Positions 61,979 to 64,000 of a DNA stretch of 64,000 nucleotides are shown piece by piece. Source of the stretch: Mytilus edulis (lineage: Eukaryota). The DNA is taken from positions 43,338,001 to 43,402,000 of the forward strand of contig NC_092348.1 in assembly GCF_963676685.1 (NCBI RefSeq), in the 5' to 3' direction. Under the pieces are notes generated by a model. That model searched no databases. It was given only the letters and a program-made list of their open reading frames with translations, and had not been told where the DNA came from. The stretch's first letter is position 1; the number at the start of each line of letters is the position of its first letter. The position numbers and the translations under genes were made by a program.

Positions 61979-62350
61979 ATTGGTACCGTTAATTTTATTA
62001 CTACCACTGGGTCGATGCCTCTGCTGGTGGACTATTAGTCCCCGAGGGTATCACCACCCCAGTAGCCAGTACTTCGGTACTGGCATGAAAATACGGATTT
62101 TTTGTGTTATTAAAATTTACTGTTACAAAATGATAGAAATTATTATAAATTAAGGAATGTATCTCCCTCATGCAAAGCTCTGATTCCTTTCAAGGATTTG
62201 GCTATACTTTTTGGACCTCTTGGATTATAGCTCTTCATCTTTTATATAAGCTTTGGATTTCAAATATTTTGGCCACGAGCATCACTGAAGAGACATGTAT
62301 TGTCGAAATGCGCATCTGGTGCAAGAAAATTGGTACCGTTAATTTTATTA
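61979..62350 (+). mobile_element. Retrozyme monomer, 350-nt period
   Basis: 22-bp direct repeat attggtaccgttaattttatta at 61979 and 62329; one intact hammerhead. Confidence 0.85.
62279..62322 (+). ncRNA. Minimal type I hammerhead ribozyme (intact; predicted cleavage after C62316)
   Basis: gcauca-CUGAAGA-gaca(uguau)uguc-GAAA-u(gcgc)a-UC^-uggugc. Confidence 0.88.
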
Positions 62351-62506
62351 TGAAAAATGATACTTTGCACAATAATAAAATAAGTATTTGCCTAAAAATA
62401 ACAACAAAAACATACAATGAGTCAAATAAAAAGTACATACAAGTATCAATGAATATTTCGGATAACATATATCCTTTATCAGTATGATGTGCAAAGAAAA
62501 GGTTGA

Positions 62507-63217
62507 TATAAAACGTGTTGTTTTCCATTTTTTACATCACTGGGTCGATACCTCTGCTGGTGGACTATCAGTCCCCGAGGGTATCATCAGCTCAGTAGTC
62601 AGTGCTTCGGTACTGACATGATTTAACAAACTTTACTAAAATTGTCTGTTTATAAATTTTGAAATTATTATGAAACTAAGGTTTCAACTCCCTCAGGCAA
62701 AGTTGGCTTTAGATGAATTTGGCTATTTATTTTAGGTTTTTTTGACATAAAGCTCTTCAACGATTTTCGGTACTTATACATCTTCGGATTTCAAATGTTT
62801 GGCTTTGGGCGTTCCTGATGAAAGTAAATCCAGAAAAGCGCTTCGGACGCAATAAATTATAAAACGTGTTGTTTTCCATTTTTTACATCACTGGGTCGAT
62901 ACCTCTGCTGGTGGACTATCAGTCCCCGAGGGTACCATCAGCTCAGTAGTCAGTGCTTCGGTACTGACATGATTTAACAAATTTTACTAAAATTGTCTGT
63001 TTATGAATTTTGAAATTATTATGAAACTAAGGTTTCAACTCCCTCAGGCAATGTTGGTTTTAGATGAATTTGGATATTTATTTTAGTTTTTTTTTACATA
63101 AAGCTCTTCAACGATTTTCGGTACTTATACATCTTCGGATTTCAAATGTTTGGCTTTGAGCGTTCCTGATGAAGGTAAATCCAGAAAAGCGCTTATAAAA
63201 CGTGTTGTTTTCCATTT
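62507..63217 (+). mobile_element. Retrozyme tandem dimer, 351-nt period
   Basis: tataaaacgtgttgttttccattt at 62507, 62858 and 63194; near-identical units, each with a hammerhead. Confidence 0.88.
62809..62850 (+). ncRNA. Minimal type I hammerhead variant with a reduced stem II (predicted cleavage after C62844)
   Basis: gcguuc-CUGAUGA-aaguaaaucca-GAAA-a(gcgc)u-UC^-ggacgc. The second copy (63160-63194) has aggtaaatcca and is truncated at the cleavage site. Confidence 0.75.
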
Positions 63218-64000
63218 ATTTGATACAAAACTTTTCTTTTTTTTTAAATGTACGTTTGTGAAGTAGGTCTTATTTCAAAATAACGCGTATTTATTATTAA
63301 TAGAAAAGGTAGATTTCAATACTTATTATGCAGAAAATTGATTCAATTTAAGAAATTTAACCTAAAGAGTTAAATATATGTATATGTGTATTTCAGTTAA
63401 GCCACAATAACTGTAAATGTGTAACCGGAGCGAAAATACACATTTTTTACAAAGACAATTATAAACATTGAACTTCATTTACATGTAGGCGATATGTTAG
63501 TACATGTTATGATAATGTTTCAGTACTGTTGATATGCATGCTGTTATTGTTTAAATTGACAATAAAAACACTATGAATCTAAAAAGGTAGTCTATTGCAC
63601 ACGTAAATGTTTAAACGAATAATAAACAATCATAATCTTGATAAAATACTTTAATAAGTTTAGTGGGTGATATAAAAATATTCTTGTCATACACCACGAA
63701 TTAATCAAGCCGAATTTTATTGAACAAAAACATTGTAGTCTTCTGCAAATTCAATATTATACTTTGTAAAATTAGTAAAGATAATCTATACATTTAATCT
63801 ATTTTTTTAATTGACTGAATATTAAGTTAGTTGTAAGGTACAATAACCTTTATATTTAAATGTTAAATATAGGTTGTTTACAAAGTGGAGACGTTTTTAC
63901 AGCTGTATTATTCAGGTATCAGTTTAATGTAAGTATTTGTACATGTTATAACAAGTAAAAAATATCACTATTCAAAAAGGGTAAAAATATTCTTAACAAA

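Noticed and set aside
62507-63217. CRISPR-like or plain satellite array
   Set aside because: Whole 351-bp units repeat with no unique spacers, and hammerhead motifs explain them as retrozymes.

Overview
AT-rich, intron-containing animal DNA from a gapped scaffold (N runs at 14025-14558 and 14726-14999). The repeat families and gene types look like a bivalve, most likely a Mytilus mussel; this is inference. Reading exons and splice phases by hand gives five genes, most of them poorly shown by the ORF track. (1) An MS4A/CD20-like first coding exon (-; the gene continues off the left edge). (2) A compact two-exon Cdc25 phosphatase (+), with the whole catalytic domain in one exon and Ser in place of the back-door Cys. 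(3) A secreted C-type lectin with five coding exons (-). (4) A three-exon secreted beta-microseminoprotein/SVWC-like protein absent from the ORF track (-). (5) An eight-exon type I Ig-superfamily receptor with tandem 19-aa tyrosine-motif repeats in its cytoplasmic tail (-). The non-coding DNA carries a retrozyme system: ~350-358-nt units with minimal type I hammerhead ribozymes in at least three subfamilies, some with intact cores. Also present are Penelope-like remnants and a decayed LINE whose 3' end is a retrozyme-like unit with its hammerhead core inactivated by clustered A-to-G changes. Helentron-like elements, Kolobok-, hAT- and Harbinger-like MITEs, tRNA-derived tandem units and several long palindromes fill the rest.
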